A stretch of 63,566 nt of DNA, counting the filler, from an uncultured Myxococcia bacterium (lineage in GTDB: Bacteria > CAZTWC01): the NCBI GenBank assembly GCA_964617105.1. It is 3 parts of 3 records of this genome, joined end to end, with 100 filler letters (N's around TTAATTAATTAA, not from the genome) between each part and the next. Parts side by side here need not be neighbours in the genome. Positions count along the whole stretch, not along the records: positions 43,640 to 63,566 come from CAZTWC010000035.1; 2 more parts are not named here. One strand, given 5' to 3'. Each line of letters opens with the position of its first letter. Within the stretch, counting starts at the first letter, position 1. Of the stretch, positions 59,923 through 63,566 are shown one piece after another. The translations under genes and the position numbers were made by a program. Under the pieces are notes generated by a model that had not been told where the DNA came from, did no database searches, and saw only the letters and a program-made list of their open reading frames with translations.

Positions 59923-60708
59923 ATGGAAAAAAAAAATAGGCAAGAAAAAGCAAAACTATTTCTGGAAGCGGTAGAGATTATGGCTCGGTTGCGAGAACCG
60001 GGAGGGTGTCCCTGGGACCGAGAACAAAATTTACAATCCCTCAAGATTTACCTTATAGAGGAGTGCTATGAGGTTTTGGACGCCATGGAACGCGGAACTC
60101 CCCAGGAGCACTCCGAAGAATTGGGTGATTTGCTGCTGCAGGTGCTGTTTCAGGCCAGGATAAGGGAGGAGGAGAAAGTTTTCGATATTTGGGATGTAAT
60201 AGAAACATTAAACCAAAAATTGGTGGGGCGGCATCCCCATGTTTTTGGTGACATGAAGGTTAAGGACAGCAAAGAGGTGCTGAAAAACTGGAGTGATATA
60301 AAACTGAAAAAGGAAAAAAAATCTTCAGTTTTATCTGGTATTCCCCAACAATTGCCGGCTATGATAAAAGCTTTCCGGGTGCAGCAAAAGGTTTCCGGCG
60401 TGGGTTTTGACTGGCAGGAGATCAAGGGAGTTGTGGAAAAAATAGACGAGGAGTTGGGAGAGTTGAAAGAGGCTATGGACGGAGCCAACCGGGAAAATAT
60501 TATGGATGAACTTGGTGACCTCCTCTTTTCTGTAATTAACCTGGCTCGTTTCATAGACATGGATCCAGAGTCAGCGTTATTGAATACCTGCCAAAAATTT
60601 ATCAATCGTTTTCAGAAGTTGGAAGATAAAGTCCGGGTAAATGGCTGGGAATTGACCGATATGTCTTTGGAAAAAATGGATGAGATATGGGAAGAGATAA
60701 AAGGTTGA
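59923..60708 (+). CDS. mazG: Nucleoside triphosphate pyrophosphohydrolase
   Basis: GCPWDREQ, EELGDLL, RHPHVF, second DELGDLLF. Confidence 0.95.
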   Translation: MEKKNRQEKAKLFLEAVEIMARLREPGGCPWDREQNLQSLKIYLIEECYEVLDAMERGTPQEHSEELGDLLLQVLFQARIREEEKVFDIWDVIETLNQKLVGRHPHVFGDMKVKDSKEVLKNWSDIKLKKEKKSSVLSGIPQQLPAMIKAFRVQQKVSGVGFDWQEIKGVVEKIDEELGELKEAMDGANRENIMDELGDLLFSVINLARFIDMDPESALLNTCQKFINRFQKLEDKVRVNGWELTDMSLEKMDEIWEEIKG

Positions 60709-60712
60709 TCCG

Positions 60713-60756
60713 TTATCCACTTTTTATGTGGAAAACCTGTTAACAACTGTTGAAAA
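60713..60756. promoter_or_regulatory. Cluster of DnaA-box-like 9-mers
   Basis: TTATCCACT, TGTGGAAAA, TGTTAACAA, TGTTGAAAA closely spaced. Confidence 0.55.
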
Positions 60757-61095
60757 AAAGAATTTTTGATAACAATTTTATCTAGTTAATTGGGTTGCCT
60801 AATTTTTCGGACAACGCAAAAATATCAATGATATCAACAAGATGCCCCCAACTTGCTGAAATTTAACGCTGAAACAAACAAGGTGCATCCTGAAAAGGAA
60901 TATCTTTCTATTAGTTGACTTTTTTCTTTTAATAATCTAAAATTTTTTTACTCTGGTATTCAACAGCCGGAAATAGTACCTGAAAGTTTAGTAATTGGCT
61001 TGAGGTAGTAACCTAAGGGCTCGCTCAGAATGCGAAGTACCCAGTGTGGTATGAAGTTATTTTTGTAAGCGCCCTAAATTTGCGAGGAGTTGCGA

Positions 61096-62775
61096 ATGGT
61101 AAGCAGCAATAAATTGAGTCAGACGATATGGACAGTGTTAAGCCAGGTGATAGTAGTTACCCTGGCCTGTATATTATTAGTTGATCATATCGATTTTAAT
61201 ACTTCCTTCGAAAAGGTGGTTATAGCCATCTTGCTCTTCATTTTTATCCCCCCAATAATACTCTATGTGTCCAGGAAAAATTTTACCAGACGTTTATCCC
61301 GCCTGAGTAATAATATTGAACAACTATCCAACCTGGACCTGTTGGGAAGAATAGAGATAGAAGGTGACGATGAGATTGGCAGCATGGCCGATAATTTGAA
61401 TTTACTGACCTCTAAATATGCCAAGACTATAAAAAGGTGTAACCAACTTTCCTCTACAATCGGTGATTATTTTAATAAATTTTCTGATGGAGTGGAAACC
61501 GTGGGGAATCAAGTCAGTCAGCAAAGTACCGTTCAAGAGGAGGCAATTAAGGAATTGCAAGAAGTGGTTCAGCAGTTAAGAGCCGGTTTTGAAAAAATGG
61601 ATCAACTTTCCCGGAATACCGGAGAGAGTTCCTCCACCATATTGAGTATTGCTACCGCCAATGAAGAAGTAACCGATAACCTGGCCAATCTGGCTACTTC
61701 GGTGGAGCAGACGGTAACTTCTATTGAAGAGATGAACTATTCCACCAAAGAGATATCCCGCAATATTGATGATTTGGCTTCAGTGGCTGAGGAAACTTCT
61801 TCTTCCATGTACCAAATGGATATCTCCATCAACCAGGTGGAAACCAATGCCCTGGAAACCTCCCGGCTTTCGGAGCAGGTTTCCAAGGATGCAGAGAAGG
61901 GTGTGGATTCTATCACCAAAACTATCCAGGGAATTGAGAAAATAAAAGATTCCACCAGATTTGTTTACGAAGTGATTGAAAATCTGAGTAAAAAGATATT
62001 GGCCATTGGCAATATACTCAACGTAATTGATGATGTTACCGAGCAGACCAACCTGTTGGCATTAAATGCCTCCATCATTGCCGCCCAGGCTGGAGAGCAT
62101 GGTAAGGGTTTTGCCGTGGTGGCAGACGAAATCAAAGAGTTGGCCGAGAGAACTGGCGCTTCCACCAAGGAGATATCAGACCTTATCAAAAGTGTGCAGG
62201 AACAATCACAAAATGCTATGCGGGCAGTGGAGATGGGCTCACAGAATGTGGAGGATGGAGTTGCCCTGAGTTATGAAGCGGAAAGTGCTCTTAAGAAAAT
62301 ATTAAGTTCTGCCCAGAAGTCCACTGATATGATCCAGACCATAGCCCGTTCCACAGAGGAGCAGTCTTTGGGGAGCAAGCAGGTTACCAATGCCATCAGC
62401 CGTATAGCCACCACTGCCCAGCAGGTGGCCCTCTCCTCCAGCGAACAGGCCAGAGGCACGGAGTTGATGATGAAATCCGCTGGACAGATGCAATTGATTA
62501 CTCAGCAGGTGAAGCGATCCACCCAGGATCAGACCCAGAGTTCTTCTACAATGTCCAAGGCGCTGGGCAACATTACCGATATGACTCAGGACCTTAACAG
62601 CAACCAAAAAGAACAAAACCGCAAGGCTGAACGGGTATTGTTGACCATGGAAAACTTTAAAAGCCAGGTAGACCAGCAGACCCATACTATCCGCAATCTC
62701 ACTCCGGTAATAGTAGAATTAAAGGGCCAAATTGAAGACTTTAATCGGGAAATAAGCCAACTAGGCAATGTTTAA
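61096..62775 (+). CDS. Methyl-accepting chemotaxis protein (2 close TMs, HAMP, long signalling domain)
   Basis: [42 protein letters not shown]. Confidence 0.93.
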   Translation: MVSSNKLSQTIWTVLSQVIVVTLACILLVDHIDFNTSFEKVVIAILLFIFIPPIILYVSRKNFTRRLSRLSNNIEQLSNLDLLGRIEIEGDDEIGSMADNLNLLTSKYAKTIKRCNQLSSTIGDYFNKFSDGVETVGNQVSQQSTVQEEAIKELQEVVQQLRAGFEKMDQLSRNTGESSSTILSIATANEEVTDNLANLATSVEQTVTSIEEMNYSTKEISRNIDDLASVAEETSSSMYQMDISINQVETNALETSRLSEQVSKDAEKGVDSITKTIQGIEKIKDSTRFVYEVIENLSKKILAIGNILNVIDDVTEQTNLLALNASIIAAQAGEHGKGFAVVADEIKELAERTGASTKEISDLIKSVQEQSQNAMRAVEMGSQNVEDGVALSYEAESALKKILSSAQKSTDMIQTIARSTEEQSLGSKQVTNAISRIATTAQQVALSSSEQARGTELMMKSAGQMQLITQQVKRSTQDQTQSSSTMSKALGNITDMTQDLNSNQKEQNRKAERVLLTMENFKSQVDQQTHTIRNLTPVIVELKGQIEDFNREISQLGNV

Positions 62776-63112
62776 CTTTGGAATTACAGAAATTATCTTG
62801 ATCTTGGGCCTGGCTCTGGTAATTATTGGTCCCAAAAAACTGCCGGGTTTGGCTAGAACTATTGGCAAAGGGCTGAGGGAGTTTAAAAAGGCCTCCAACG
62901 AATTCCAGGACGCCATAGACATAGACCCCAACTACCTGGATGTTCATGAAGATGCTTATCACCATGAGAAAGAGAGACAAAAAGATCTGGAAGATCGAGA
63001 AAAGCAGGAAGATGAAAACCAGGCCGATAAAACCGGCGTAGAAGAACCAAAGCACCAGGAGGCTCAGGAGGCCCATTCAGAGAAAATTCATGAATCAGAG
63101 GAAGGTGGTTAA
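62768..63112 (+). CDS. tatB: Twin-arginine translocase TatA/B-family subunit, probably TatB
   Basis: [20 protein letters not shown]; directly precedes tatC. Confidence 0.8.
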   Translation: MFNFGITEIILILGLALVIIGPKKLPGLARTIGKGLREFKKASNEFQDAIDIDPNYLDVHEDAYHHEKERQKDLEDREKQEDENQADKTGVEEPKHQEAQEAHSEKIHESEEGG

Positions 63113-63566
63113 TAATAGCGAGGTCAAAACCCAGTCCCTTATCGAACATCTGGAAGACTTGCGTAGATGCCTGCTAGTAAGCATTGTTGCTTTTTTTATC
63201 TGCACTATTATCTCCTACATTTTTAGTAAATATCTGTTTAGAGCATTAATGCTGCCTCTTTTGGAGGCTTTGCCGAACGGTAAGGAGTCCCTTCATTTCA
63301 CCGGGCTGGTGGAGCCATTTTTTGTTTACCTTAAAACTGCTGCCATTGCCGGATTGCTATTGTCCTGTCCGGTTATCCTGCATCAGTTGTGGAGTTTTAT
63401 CGCTCCGGGACTCTACGCCAACGAAAAAAAGATAGCCATACCTTTTGTGCTATTCGGCACCTTGTTTTTTCTGGGCGGCGCCCTGTTTGGTTATTTTGTG
63501 GTTTTTCCCACCGCCTTTAAGTTTTTACTCAGTTTTATAGAAACCGATATCCAGCCGATACTGACC
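63105..63566 (+). CDS. tatC: Twin-arginine translocase subunit TatC, partial (runs off window)
   Basis: Manual translation from GTG 63105: LIEHLEDLRRCL, EPFFVYLK, QLWSFIAPGLY..EK. Confidence 0.93.
   Translation, partial: MVNNSEVKTQSLIEHLEDLRRCLLVSIVAFFICTIISYIFSKYLFRALMLPLLEALPNGKESLHFTGLVEPFFVYLKTAAIAGLLLSCPVILHQLWSFIAPGLYANEKKIAIPFVLFGTLFFLGGALFGYFVVFPTAFKFLLSFIETDIQPILT

Noticed and set aside
60960-61090. c-di-GMP riboswitch before the MCP
   Set aside because: GEMM-I and class II core motifs are not present

Overview
This window is three contigs joined by artificial N-TTAATTAATTAA-N linkers (13038-13137 and 43540-43639), with two more short N gaps, so gene order across the linkers is not real. 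The genes point to a diderm, probably anaerobic, flagellated deltaproteobacterium-like organism with Myxococcota-type markers (TIGR04563-like protein, PEGA protein, LolA-like ABC cluster); this taxonomy is inference. Contig 1: Ni-transporter-like gene with a NikR-like operator, gdhA, an AT-rich patch (isochorismatase fragment, rsgA, CxxC membrane protein), suhB-deoC-prkA, a tautomerase and rnfCDGE. Contig 2: giant Ig-repeat lipoprotein plus PLD/LTD lipoprotein, a five-gene ABC/LolA-like cluster with one frameshifted permease, a flotillin / aminotransferase::PEPCK-like fusion / PEPCK / DUF47 / PiT run, a sigma54-driven flagellin and bamA-skp-lpxD-fabZ-lpxA. Contig 3: GT2, a double-hairpin pseudo-MCP, PBP1A, REC-GGDEF-EAL, a terpene-cyclase-like protein, aat-clpA-clpS, tRNA-Leu, guaA, mazG, a DnaA-box cluster and MCP-tatB-tatC. 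The best candidate for an undescribed system is an aspartate aminotransferase fused to a catalytically degenerate, Cys-cluster-bearing PEPCK-fold domain, encoded between a flotillin and an intact divergent PEPCK. Also notable: a phased palindrome array splitting DUF47 from PiT, a dispersed hairpin repeat family, and a DeoC with a microcompartment-type leader. All calls come from motif recognition; no searches were run.
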